From contig NZ_BDAE01000002.1 in NCBI RefSeq assembly GCF_002091675.1, positions 33,481-57,480 on the forward strand: a DNA stretch of 24,000 nt. Reading direction: 5' to 3'. The stretch's first letter is position 1, and each line of letters begins with the position of its first letter. Positions 16,414 to 24,000 of this stretch are shown here, piece after piece. This DNA is from Pseudomonas luteola NBRC 103146. GTDB lineage: Bacteria > Pseudomonadota > Gammaproteobacteria > Pseudomonadales > Pseudomonadaceae. Below the pieces are notes generated by a model. It saw nothing but the letters and a program-made list of their open reading frames with translations. It had not been told where the DNA came from and did not search any database. A program made the position numbers and the translations under genes.

Positions 16414-17556
16414 ATGACCATGAAATCAGGCTCGCTCAAGAAGCCGGCTTTACTGGGCGCAGGCGTGGTGCTGTTGACCGCGGCCGCCAGTACCTTTGCA
16501 GCGGATATGCGTGAGGCGGCCAGTACAGGCTGGGCTACGCAAAACGGGGGAACCAAGGGTGGCGCAGCTGCAGCCTCCGCCAATATCTATACCGTACGCA
16601 CCGCCAATGACCTGAAGAATGCGTTGAAGGCCTCGGCCAGCAGCCGCATCATCAAGGTCTCTGGCAAGATCGATATCAGTGAAGGCAAGGCCTATACCAG
16701 TACCAGTGAGATGAAAAAGCGCGCTGAGCTGGTTGTGCCTGGTAACACCACAATTGTGGGTCTGGGCTCTACTGCGCAGATCGTCAACGGGTTTTTCATG
16801 ATCAAGGAAAACAACGTGATCATGCGTAACCTGACCATCGAAAATCCATGGGACCCCACACCGGTTTTCGACCCGGATGATGGCGATGCCGGTAACTGGA
16901 ACTCCGAGTACGACGGCGTCACGGTGCAGGGCGCGAGTAACGTCTGGATCGACCATATGACGTTTACCGACGGTAGCCGCCCTGATGATCCGAGCGAGAT
17001 CAAGAAGGGTCGCCATGTGCAGCATCATGACGGGGCGCTGGACGTGAAGAAGGGCGCCAACTACGTCACCATCTCCAACACCGTGTTCAAGCTGCACGAC
17101 AAGAACATCCTGATTGGTTCCAGCGACAGTGCCAGCTCGACCGACAAGGGCAAGTTGAAGGTCACTATCCATAACTCGGTCTTCGAGAACGTTACGCAGC
17201 GTGCGCCGCGTGTACGGTTTGGTCAGGTTCACCTGTACAACAACCTGCACACAGGTAACACAAAGGACGCGGTCTATCCGTTCTATTCCGCCCATGGAGT
17301 AGGCAAGTCATCGGCTATCCTGTCCGAGGCCAATGCCTTCAACATCAGCGGCATTAGCAGTTGTGACAAGATCACCGCCAAGAATGGCGGCTCTGTCTAC
17401 AAGGACGCCGGCTCGCTGATCAATGGCGTTTCCATGAAATGCTCATGGAATTCCAATATCGGTTGGACGCCTCCTTACAAATACACCAAGATGGCGGCTT
17501 CCCTCGTGGCTTCCAAGGTGCCTTCCGAGGCTGGCGCAGGCAAGATCAGTTTCTGA
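16414..17556 (+). CDS. pel: Secreted pectate lyase, PL1, copy 3.
   Basis: The ORF track gives 16351..17556. The ATG at 16414 ([31 protein letters not shown]) has AAGGA 7 nt upstream and yields a proper signal peptide parallel to copies 1 and 2. The PL1 motifs are intact. Confidence 0.9.
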   Translation: MTMKSGSLKKPALLGAGVVLLTAAASTFAADMREAASTGWATQNGGTKGGAAAASANIYTVRTANDLKNALKASASSRIIKVSGKIDISEGKAYTSTSEMKKRAELVVPGNTTIVGLGSTAQIVNGFFMIKENNVIMRNLTIENPWDPTPVFDPDDGDAGNWNSEYDGVTVQGASNVWIDHMTFTDGSRPDDPSEIKKGRHVQHHDGALDVKKGANYVTISNTVFKLHDKNILIGSSDSASSTDKGKLKVTIHNSVFENVTQRAPRVRFGQVHLYNNLHTGNTKDAVYPFYSAHGVGKSSAILSEANAFNISGISSCDKITAKNGGSVYKDAGSLINGVSMKCSWNSNIGWTPPYKYTKMAASLVASKVPSEAGAGKISF

Positions 17557-17564
17557 CCCGTCTG

Positions 17565-17599
17565 ACCGCCATCTGCCTTTAAGGGGGTGGCGGTTTTTT
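17565..17599 (+). terminator. Rho-independent terminator after pel copy 3.
   Basis: ACCGCCA-16 nt-TGGCGGT runs into TTTTTT. Confidence 0.75.
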
Positions 17600-17698
17600 G
17601 CCTATCTTCTCGCCTTTTCTATCCCTTCCTGTCTGGCATGCTGCTTTGCGCGCGATACATCCATTTGCATGCTTAGCCATCTAAATAGTTAATAATTA

Positions 17699-17721
17699 TA
17701 ACGTTCGATAATCGATCGTTA
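17699..17721. promoter_or_regulatory. 23-bp near-perfect palindrome, a candidate operator upstream of the porin/MFS/DUF3237 operon.
   Basis: In TAACGTTCGAT-A-ATCGATCGTTA, 10 of 11 arm positions are complementary. It is flanked by an AAATAGTTA half-site (17683-17691) and by further CGTTAA copies at 17718, 17727 and 17755. Confidence 0.4.
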
Positions 17722-18008
17722 AGACCGTTAATGTCTTGACGGTAGGCAGGCTGACGTTAAGTATCCAAAAGGCAAGCACATAGAGATGAAGCCAACGGCA
17801 TTCATCCAAAAGTTAATAATAAAAACAATATGGGCTAGTCTATGTTCATTCGTAACGATTCACCCGCTTACCCTGCGTTATTCACCTTCCGTATTCATAC
17901 CGTTTTTCGGCTACCTCGGCACGTTAACGACGTGTCGCTGCTCTCCGGCTGACCAAGACCTTTCGTTTTCCAGCACTGATCCACAACAACAATAAACAGG
18001 TATCGGTC

Positions 18009-19466
18009 ATGTCCTTATCGCTTTCCTGGCATGCCGGCGCGCTGGCGCCCTCATGCCTTGCTGTTGCGTTATCCGGAGTTTCCCTGGCGGTTCAGGCTGC
18101 CCCTTCGGTGGTACTGGAGCAGTCACGTCCTGCGCCGCTCGATAATGCTTTGGAAAAAGCACGTCCTCTACCACCCGGGCCGCCTCGCTGGGCGGAGGAC
18201 TATCGGTTTCTGGACGACGCGTCCAAGCGGAGCGACTTTTTTGATCCGCTCCGTTATCAGCGGCTGTCCGATTCAGCCTGGGTCCAGTTTGGTGCGGAAG
18301 CGCGCTACCGGGCGGATACCATCAATAACCCCGTCTTTGGGCTGCGTGGTGTGAACAAGGATTCCTACACTCAGCAGCGGCTTCAGGTCCATGGTGATCT
18401 GCATCTCTTGGATGACCAAGTCCGTGCGTTCGTCCAGCTGGAAAACACCCGGGCTTGGAACAAGGCGCTTTACGGGCCGTATGACCAGAGCAGGACGGAG
18501 CTGCATCAGGCCTTTATCGACATCAATACCAATACCTTGGGCGGGCGGCTGATGACGCGGGTAGGGCGCCAGGAGCTGGGTTACGGCAACCAGGCGTTTG
18601 TTACCTACCGTGATGCACGCAATATCCGGCTCAATTTCGATGGGGTACGCCTGAGCTATTCCCGTCCCGGCGGCTACAAGCTCGATGCCTTTGGCTTGCG
18701 TCCCGTCGAGACAGGCGAAGACAGCTTTGATGATGGCTCCAACAATAACGTCAAGTTTTATGGGTTGTACGGCACGCTACCGCTGACAGCCATCCTGAAA
18801 ATGGATGTATACGGATTTGGCCTGGAAACCAACGAGCGCACCCTGGATGGGCTGACCGGAAGCGAAAAGCGCTACACCGGAGGCGTGCGGCTGTTTGGTA
18901 AGCAGGCCGGTTGGGACTGGACATGGGATCTGGCCTACCAGGGTGGTCATCTGGAAGGGGCGCGTATTCGTGCCTGGGGTATCAGCAGCGAGACGGGATA
19001 TAACTTCAGGCAGCCCTGGAAGCCACGATTGGCGGTGCGTTTCGATGCAGCCAGCGGTGATGACCGCTTTGGTGATGACAAGATTGGCACATTCGACCCA
19101 TTGTTTCCCAAGAATGGTTTCTATGGAGATTCGGGGCTGACCACCCTTTCGAACATGTATCTGATCGGCCCGCTGCTGACATTCGCCCCACGCCAGTATC
19201 TGCAGCTGGAAGCCGGTGCCTTTGCCGTCTGGCGTGAAAGCACCCGCGATGGCGTCTATCTGCCGGGCATGTCCTATGTGCCGGGAACGCCCAACAGCTC
19301 ATCGCCCAAAACGGGCAACCTGTTTCGCAACAATCTGCGCTGGCTACCGACCGCCAACCTGACCGTGGACCTGGAATACAGCTATTTCCAGGCGGGTAAG
19401 GCCGTGCGGCAGGCCGATGGCTCGGATACCCACTTCGGCATGGTTTCAACAACGTTCCGTTTCTGA
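18009..19466 (+). CDS. Alginate-export (AlgE-like) family outer-membrane beta-barrel channel.
   Basis: 485 aa with a signal peptide ..AVQA/AP. GAEARYR, VGRQELGYGNQAFV and NIRLNFDGVRLSY resemble the Alginate_exp family as I recall it. The C-terminal ...TTFRF has the terminal Phe typical of OMPs. Confidence 0.75.
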   Translation: MSLSLSWHAGALAPSCLAVALSGVSLAVQAAPSVVLEQSRPAPLDNALEKARPLPPGPPRWAEDYRFLDDASKRSDFFDPLRYQRLSDSAWVQFGAEARYRADTINNPVFGLRGVNKDSYTQQRLQVHGDLHLLDDQVRAFVQLENTRAWNKALYGPYDQSRTELHQAFIDINTNTLGGRLMTRVGRQELGYGNQAFVTYRDARNIRLNFDGVRLSYSRPGGYKLDAFGLRPVETGEDSFDDGSNNNVKFYGLYGTLPLTAILKMDVYGFGLETNERTLDGLTGSEKRYTGGVRLFGKQAGWDWTWDLAYQGGHLEGARIRAWGISSETGYNFRQPWKPRLAVRFDAASGDDRFGDDKIGTFDPLFPKNGFYGDSGLTTLSNMYLIGPLLTFAPRQYLQLEAGAFAVWRESTRDGVYLPGMSYVPGTPNSSSPKTGNLFRNNLRWLPTANLTVDLEYSYFQAGKAVRQADGSDTHFGMVSTTFRF

Positions 19467-19494
19467 TGCGCCTGACCCATGAGGAGGTTTCGCT

Positions 19495-20742
19495 ATGACT
19501 ACGCTCGGGATGGCTGATGCCCGTACACGCCTGACCATAGGGTTGTGCTTTGTAGTGGCTCTGCTGGAGGGAATGGATCTGCAGGCCATGGGCATCGCAG
19601 CGCCCAGTATGGCTGCCGCGTTTGGCTTCAAGCCGGCGCAGATGGGGCTGGTCTTCAGTGCCAGCATTCTAGGCTTGCTGCCGGGGGCCTTTTTAGGAGG
19701 TTGGTGCGCCGATCGGATCGGGCGCAAAAAGGTGCTGATTGCCTCGGTTGTGCTGTTTGGTCTCTTTTCGCTGGCCAGCGCTCATGTCTGGGATATGCAG
19801 AGCCTGTTGATCGCACGCTTCATGACCGGCATTGGGCTGGGTGGGGCGTTACCCAACCTGATTGCCCTGTCCTCCGAGTCGGCCGGCGAGCGTGCCCGCA
19901 ATACAGCGGTAAGCCTGATGTATTGCGGTGTACCACTGGGTGGTGCGCTGGCGGCCATTGTTGGTCTGCTGGAGACCGGGCTGGGCTGGCGGACGGTATT
20001 TTATGTAGGAGGCTTTGCGCCGCTTCTGGTGGCGCCCCTGCTGGGCGTGTATCTGATGGAGTCATCGGCGTTCGTCAAAAGCCGGCAGGCGGCCCGGGCA
20101 ACCGAGCAGTCCATTCGCACTTGGGATGGCCTCTTTTATCAGGTAAGGGCATCCACCACGCTGATGCTGTGGGTCAGCTACTTTTTTACCCTGACGGTGA
20201 TGTACATGCTGCTCAACTGGCTGCCATCGCTGCTGGTTGGGCAGGGGTTCACCCGCAGCCAAGCCGTGACGGTTCAGATCCTGTTCAATATCGGTGGCGG
20301 TATCGGCTCGGTCCTGTTCGGTCTACTGATGGACCGCTGGAAACCCCGAATCGTCGTGGTCGCCATCTACGCCGGTATCTTGGCCGGACTGGCGGGGCTT
20401 GGGCTTTCGAGCAGCTTTGCCGGGGTCATCATGGCGGGATTCCTGGCGGGCCTCTTTGTAGTAGGCGGCCAGTTGGTGCTGTATGCGCTGGCGCCTCTGG
20501 TGTATCCGGCGGCCGTACGAGCGACCGGGGTGGGCTCAGCCGTGGCGATCGGACGATTAGGCGCCATGGCCGGTCCGCTCCTGGCCGGTCAGGTACTGGC
20601 CATGGGCGGCGCGGCATCGACCCTGGTCATCGCAACAGCCCCCGGCGTGCTGATCGCTGCGGCGTCTGTGCTCTGCCTGCTCAACCGACAGGCCGCCAAG
20701 CCGGTCAGCACAGGTGTGCTGGCAGGTGAACCGGCTCATTAA
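19495..20742 (+). CDS. MFS aromatic-acid:H+ symporter, MhpT-like (hydroxyphenylpropionate/hydroxycinnamate transporter).
   Basis: 415 aa with 12 predicted TM segments. It is collinear with E. coli MhpT as recalled (LTIGLCF.VAL.EG.DLQA.GIAA, DR.GRK..LI.SV.LFGLFSLA, RF.TG.GLGGALPNLIAL.SE.A, VSLMYCGVP.G.ALAA, GRLGAM.GPLLAG). GAGGAGG is the RBS. Confidence 0.85.
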   Translation: MTTLGMADARTRLTIGLCFVVALLEGMDLQAMGIAAPSMAAAFGFKPAQMGLVFSASILGLLPGAFLGGWCADRIGRKKVLIASVVLFGLFSLASAHVWDMQSLLIARFMTGIGLGGALPNLIALSSESAGERARNTAVSLMYCGVPLGGALAAIVGLLETGLGWRTVFYVGGFAPLLVAPLLGVYLMESSAFVKSRQAARATEQSIRTWDGLFYQVRASTTLMLWVSYFFTLTVMYMLLNWLPSLLVGQGFTRSQAVTVQILFNIGGGIGSVLFGLLMDRWKPRIVVVAIYAGILAGLAGLGLSSSFAGVIMAGFLAGLFVVGGQLVLYALAPLVYPAAVRATGVGSAVAIGRLGAMAGPLLAGQVLAMGGAASTLVIATAPGVLIAAASVLCLLNRQAAKPVSTGVLAGEPAH

Positions 20743-20751
20743 GGAGAAACC

Positions 20752-21315
20752 ATGTTCAGATCTCTATGGGTAGCCGCCTTGTTGACGGCTAGCACGTTAC
20801 TGTCAGGCGTCTCGCTGGCAGAGGAAGCACGGGAAAAGCCTGCCTTTGATCCGCCGCCGCTTGGGTTGGAAAGATTGGCCCGGTTTGAGGTCGATCTGAC
20901 GGCGCCTGTCTGGGAGCTTGGCAAGACGAGCGAGCTGGGCAAACGCCGAATCATCCCGATTACCGGTGGCCGCTTTGAGGGGCCATCGTTCAAGGGAGAA
21001 ATTCTTAACAACGGCGCGGATTGGCAGGTCGTGACCGACGATGGGCTGGCCATCATCGATACACGCTACCTGCTCAAGACCGATGACGGCGCACTTGTTT
21101 ACCTGCAAACCAAGGGGTACCGCTACGGTCCGCCAGAGGTGATGAAGGATGTGGCCGCCGGAAAGCCTGTCGATCCGAGCAAATACTTTTTCAAGGTCAC
21201 GATGACATTTGAAACCAGTGCCGAGAAGTATGACTGGCTCAATCGGGCCATTGGTGTTGGCAGTGCCATGCGCCTGGGCAAGGCTGTGGTGTATGACGCC
21301 TATCTTCTCAAATGA
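20752..21315 (+). CDS. DUF3237-family protein with an N-terminal signal peptide (periplasmic).
   Basis: 187 aa with a signal MFRSLWVAALLTASTLLSGVSLA/EE. GKRRIIPITGGRFEGPSFKGEILNNGADWQVVTDDGLAIIDTRYLLKTDDGALVYLQTKG matches the DUF3237 core pattern as recalled. The AGGAG RBS lies 9 nt after the MFS stop, indicating the same operon. Confidence 0.75.
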   Translation: MFRSLWVAALLTASTLLSGVSLAEEAREKPAFDPPPLGLERLARFEVDLTAPVWELGKTSELGKRRIIPITGGRFEGPSFKGEILNNGADWQVVTDDGLAIIDTRYLLKTDDGALVYLQTKGYRYGPPEVMKDVAAGKPVDPSKYFFKVTMTFETSAEKYDWLNRAIGVGSAMRLGKAVVYDAYLLK

Positions 21316-21411
21316 TTGATTGGACTAACTATTTAGGTGACGCCTCGAAACATGCCAAGAGGAGACCGGATCTTGGCGGCATAGGAGGGGCATAAATAAT
21401 TGTAAAAAGCT

Positions 21412-21452
21412 AAAAATAGTTAATTGACATAACTATTTTTCTGCCTTAGCTT
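21412..21452 (+). promoter_or_regulatory. ech promoter with an overlapping operator: a perfect 11-bp inverted repeat bracketing the -35.
   Basis: The sequence is AAAAATAGTTA (21412-21422), then aTTGACA, then TAACTATTTTT (21430-21440). The consensus -35 TTGACA (21424-21429) sits in the spacer, and a possible -10 TAGCTT follows after 17 nt (21447-21452). A third half-site, TAACTATTT, lies at 21325-21333. Confidence 0.6.
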
Positions 21453-21487
21453 GGACTCACAAGAAGCACAACAACAAGGGTTCCGCC

Positions 21488-22318
21488 ATGAGCAATTACG
21501 AAGGTCGCTGGAAAACGGTAGAGGTGAGGGTCGAAGAGGGCATTGCCTGGGTGACCCTTAATCGTCCCGAAAAGCGCAACGCCATGAGCCCGACGCTGAA
21601 CCGGGAAATGCGCGAGATTCTGGAAACGCTGGAACAGGATGCCGATGCCGGGGTAGTGGTACTGACCGGGGCCGGCGATGCCTGGACAGCAGGCATGGAC
21701 CTCAAGGAGTACTTCCGCGAGGTGGATGCAGGCCCTGAGATTCTTCAGGAAAAAATCCGCCGTGAGGCCTCCGAATGGCAGTGGAAGCTGCTGCGAATGT
21801 ACAGCAAGCCGACCATTGCCATGGTCAACGGCTGGTGTTTTGGCGGTGGCTTCAGTCCACTGGTGGCCTGTGATCTGGCCATTGCCGCCGATGAGGCCAC
21901 GTTTGGTCTCTCCGAAGTCAACTGGGGTATTCCGCCTGGCAATCTGGTGAGCAAGGCGATGGCGGATACAGTCGGACATCGTGAGTCGCTCTATTACATC
22001 ATGACAGGGCGTACCTTCGATGGGGTCAAGGCTGCCCAGATGGGGCTGGTCAACAAGAGTGTCCCGCTGGCGCAGTTGCGCGAGGAAACCGTCACCCTGG
22101 CGCGTGAGCTGCTTGAGAAGAATCCGGTGGTGCTGCGGGCGGCCAAGATCGGCTTCAAGCGCTGCCGTGAACTCAACTGGGAGCAGAACGAAGACTACCT
22201 GTACGCCAAGCTTGACCAGGCTCGCCTGCGCGATCCCGAGCATGGCCGTGAAGAAGGCATGAAGCAGTTCCTCGATGAGAAAAGCATCAAGCCGGGTCTG
22301 CAAACCTACCGTCGTTAA
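21488..22318 (+). CDS. ech: Hydroxycinnamoyl-CoA (feruloyl-CoA) hydratase-lyase, also called enoyl-CoA hydratase/aldolase.
   Basis: 276 aa. It is nearly collinear and highly similar to Pseudomonas fluorescens HCHL as recalled (YEGRWKTV, NRPEKRNAMSPTLNREM, GMDLKEYFREVDAGPEILQEKIRREAS.WQWKLLRMY.KPTIAMVNGWCFGGGFSPLVACDLAI, EQNEDYLYAKLDQ, KQFLD.KSIKPGLQ.Y.R). Confidence 0.95.
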   Translation: MSNYEGRWKTVEVRVEEGIAWVTLNRPEKRNAMSPTLNREMREILETLEQDADAGVVVLTGAGDAWTAGMDLKEYFREVDAGPEILQEKIRREASEWQWKLLRMYSKPTIAMVNGWCFGGGFSPLVACDLAIAADEATFGLSEVNWGIPPGNLVSKAMADTVGHRESLYYIMTGRTFDGVKAAQMGLVNKSVPLAQLREETVTLARELLEKNPVVLRAAKIGFKRCRELNWEQNEDYLYAKLDQARLRDPEHGREEGMKQFLDEKSIKPGLQTYRR

Positions 22319-22426
22319 AACGCCGGATACCCTTGTGCCTGTGTAGCCACTGAGCTGCCCAGGCGGGCGTTCGGACGTATGCTGTTATGTGCAGTTCCTG
22401 ACAATTACAAAAACGAGGATCGCGTC

Positions 22427-23878
22427 ATGTACGAGGTTTCCCTGCTGATTGGTGGCCGTCACGTGCAGGCTTCCAATGGGTGTCAGTTCGAGCGTCGCAA
22501 TCCGTTGACCGAGCAAGCCGTCACTCGCGCAGCCGCAGCCAGCCTTGAAGACGCTGATGCTGCTGTTGCGGCGGCCCAGGCAGCGTTCCCGGCCTGGGCG
22601 GCGCTGGGCCCTAATGAGCGCCGGACACGCTTGCTCAAGGCTGCTGAACTCATGGCCAGTCGCGCGGATCAGTTCGTAGCGGCTGGACAAGGCGAGACGG
22701 GCGCCATGCCCAACTGGTATGGCTTCAATGTCCATCTGGCCGCAGGCATCCTGCGTGAGGCGGCCTGCATGACAACCCAGATCACCGGACAGATCATCCC
22801 TTCCGATCTGCCTGGCTCGATGGCCATGGCGGTGCGCCAGCCCTGTGGCGTGGTCGTCGGCATCGCACCATGGAATGCGCCGGTCATCCTGGCGACCCGT
22901 GCGATCGCCATGCCGCTGGCCTGCGGCAATACTGTAGTACTAAAAGCCTCCGAACTGTGCCCGGCCGTGCATGCCCTGATCGGTGATGTGCTTCATGAAG
23001 CCGGGCTGGGTGACGGAGTGATTAACGTTATCCACAACGCACCAGAGGATGCGCCGGCTATCGTCGAGCGACTGATTGCAAACCCGGCGGTACGCCGCGT
23101 CAATTTCACGGGCTCCACAAGAGTAGGCAAGATCATCGGGGAGCTGGCAGCGCGCCATCTCACCCCGGCGGTGCTGGAGCTGGGCGGCAAGGCGCCGCTT
23201 CTGGTGCTGGACGATGCGGACCTGGATGCTGCGGTAGAGGCTGCTGCCTTTGGTGCTTTCTTTAACCAGGGGCAAATCTGTATGTCGACCGAGCGGCTAA
23301 TCGTGCACGAGTCCATTGCCGATACGTTCGTGAGCAAGCTGGCCGACAAGGCCAGAACGCTGCTTGCAGGCGACCCGCAGGCTAGTACCTCGGTCCTGGG
23401 GGCGTTGATCGACCGGGCCCCGGCCGAGCGCCTGCAAACCCTGATGGATGACGCCCTGACCAAGGGCGCACGTCTGGCGGCAGGCGGAGAGATCAATGGC
23501 TGCCTGATGCAGGCCACTGTGATCGATGGCGTAACGCCCGACATGAAGCTCTACCGCGAAGAGTCCTTTGGCCCGATGGTGTCAGTCATTCGGGTAAAGG
23601 ACGACGAAGAGGCGCTGCACGTGGCCAACGACTCCGAGTACGGCCTGTCTGCCGCCGTGTTCAGCCGCGACGTGAACCGCGCTCTGGGGCTGGCTCAGCG
23701 GATCGAGTCCGGCATCTGCCACATCAATGGGCCGACAGTGCATGACGAAGCCCAGATGCCGTTCGGCGGTGTGAAAGGCAGCGGCTATGGCAGTTTTGGC
23801 TCGGCGGCTTCGGTCGAGCATTTTACCCAGCTGCGCTGGATTACGCTCCAGACAACGCCCCGACATTACCCCATCTGA
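22427..23878 (+). CDS. vdh: Vanillin dehydrogenase (NAD-dependent aromatic aldehyde dehydrogenase).
   Basis: The ORF track gives 22379..23878. The ATG at 22427 (MYEVSLLIGG) has GAGGA 7 nt upstream and matches the Pseudomonas Vdh N-terminus. It shows ALDH signatures (ELGGKAP, FFNQGQICMSTERL with the catalytic Cys, EESFGP) and a Vdh-like C-terminus GICHINGPTVHDEAQMPFGGVK.SGYGSFG...HFTQLRW.TLQ..PRHYPI. Confidence 0.93.
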   Translation: MYEVSLLIGGRHVQASNGCQFERRNPLTEQAVTRAAAASLEDADAAVAAAQAAFPAWAALGPNERRTRLLKAAELMASRADQFVAAGQGETGAMPNWYGFNVHLAAGILREAACMTTQITGQIIPSDLPGSMAMAVRQPCGVVVGIAPWNAPVILATRAIAMPLACGNTVVLKASELCPAVHALIGDVLHEAGLGDGVINVIHNAPEDAPAIVERLIANPAVRRVNFTGSTRVGKIIGELAARHLTPAVLELGGKAPLLVLDDADLDAAVEAAAFGAFFNQGQICMSTERLIVHESIADTFVSKLADKARTLLAGDPQASTSVLGALIDRAPAERLQTLMDDALTKGARLAAGGEINGCLMQATVIDGVTPDMKLYREESFGPMVSVIRVKDDEEALHVANDSEYGLSAAVFSRDVNRALGLAQRIESGICHINGPTVHDEAQMPFGGVKGSGYGSFGSAASVEHFTQLRWITLQTTPRHYPI

Positions 23879-24000
23879 ACCCACGCTATTCCTGGCAACA
23901 ACAATGACAACACCGGCCTGAAACAGGCTGGCCATGCATGGGGCTTGATGCGCGAATTCAGTCGTGCTCGGCCCCCTGCGTGCCAACAGGAGGTATGCGA

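Noticed and set aside
13898-17295. Long minus-strand ORFs antisense to each pectate lyase gene (13898..14575, 15044..15892, 16450..17295), which look conserved among themselves.
   Set aside because: Their similarity is simply the mirror of the paralogous pel genes on the plus strand. They have no RBS and an odd composition, so they are shadow ORFs.
17786-17995. A 69-aa ORF in the leader region upstream of the porin gene.
   Set aside because: It has no convincing RBS and an odd hydrophobic/low-complexity sequence. It lies in a region better explained as promoter and leader. Not called.
19545-20729. A 394-aa plus-strand ORF overlapping the MFS gene in another frame.
   Set aside because: The product is Arg/Gly/Ala-rich, typical of an off-frame reading of a GC-rich membrane-protein gene. 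The 19495..20742 frame matches MhpT throughout.
21354-21377. A GCCAAGA-10 nt-TCTTGGC hairpin after the DUF3237 gene, considered as a terminator.
   Set aside because: It is a perfect 7-bp stem but has no U-tract on either strand. It was left uncalled and may be incidental.
21446-22303. A 285-aa minus-strand ORF opposite ech.
   Set aside because: The plus-strand frame is an almost residue-for-residue match to a known hydratase-lyase, so the antisense ORF is a shadow.
23948-24000. The start of the next gene after vdh, expected from Pseudomonas ech-vdh-fcs synteny to be feruloyl-CoA synthetase. Candidate ATGs are at 23948 and 23995.
   Set aside because: Only 2-17 codons are visible. The two candidate ATGs are in different frames, and AGGAGG sits only 1 nt from the ATG at 23995. 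Neither identity nor start can be supported from this window.

Overview
This looks like a chromosomal segment of a Gammaproteobacterium. The proteins resemble Pseudomonas, Halomonadaceae and enterobacterial homologues recalled from memory, so the taxon is inference. I saw no rRNA, tRNA, CRISPR array, transposase or integrase.

Gene order, left to right:
- pepD (partial, minus strand; missing from the ORF track because the window edge truncates it)
- a small secreted two-cysteine protein (-)
- two tandem paralogous beta-barrel outer-membrane protein genes, set in unusually long AT-rich spacers (-)
- rtcR (+)
- kptA (-)
- a CsgG-like / DUF4810 / DUF799 lipoprotein operon (-)
- Mn-catalase katN plus an ankyrin-repeat protein (+)
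- rtcA-rtcB (-), driven by a near-consensus sigma-54 promoter
- three tandem PL1 pectate lyase genes, each with its own terminator (+)
- an operon of alginate-export-family porin, MhpT-like MFS transporter and periplasmic DUF3237 protein (+)
- ech-vdh, the hydroxycinnamoyl-CoA hydratase-lyase and vanillin dehydrogenase genes (+)

Most notable observations:
1. The Rtc RNA-repair system is dispersed. The CARF/sigma-54 activator gene sits about 7 kb from its target promoter. A third RNA-end enzyme (KptA/Tpt1), an uncharacterised lipoprotein triad and a catalase pair lie in between.
2. A recently amplified pectate lyase array lies directly beside a ferulate-type uptake and catabolic cluster.
3. 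A perfect 11-bp inverted repeat brackets the -35 of the ech promoter, and related half-sites occur upstream of the porin operon.

Several long ORF-track entries are antisense or alternative-frame shadows and were rejected. Several ORF-track starts were moved to downstream ATGs that have ribosome-binding sites and match known homologues.
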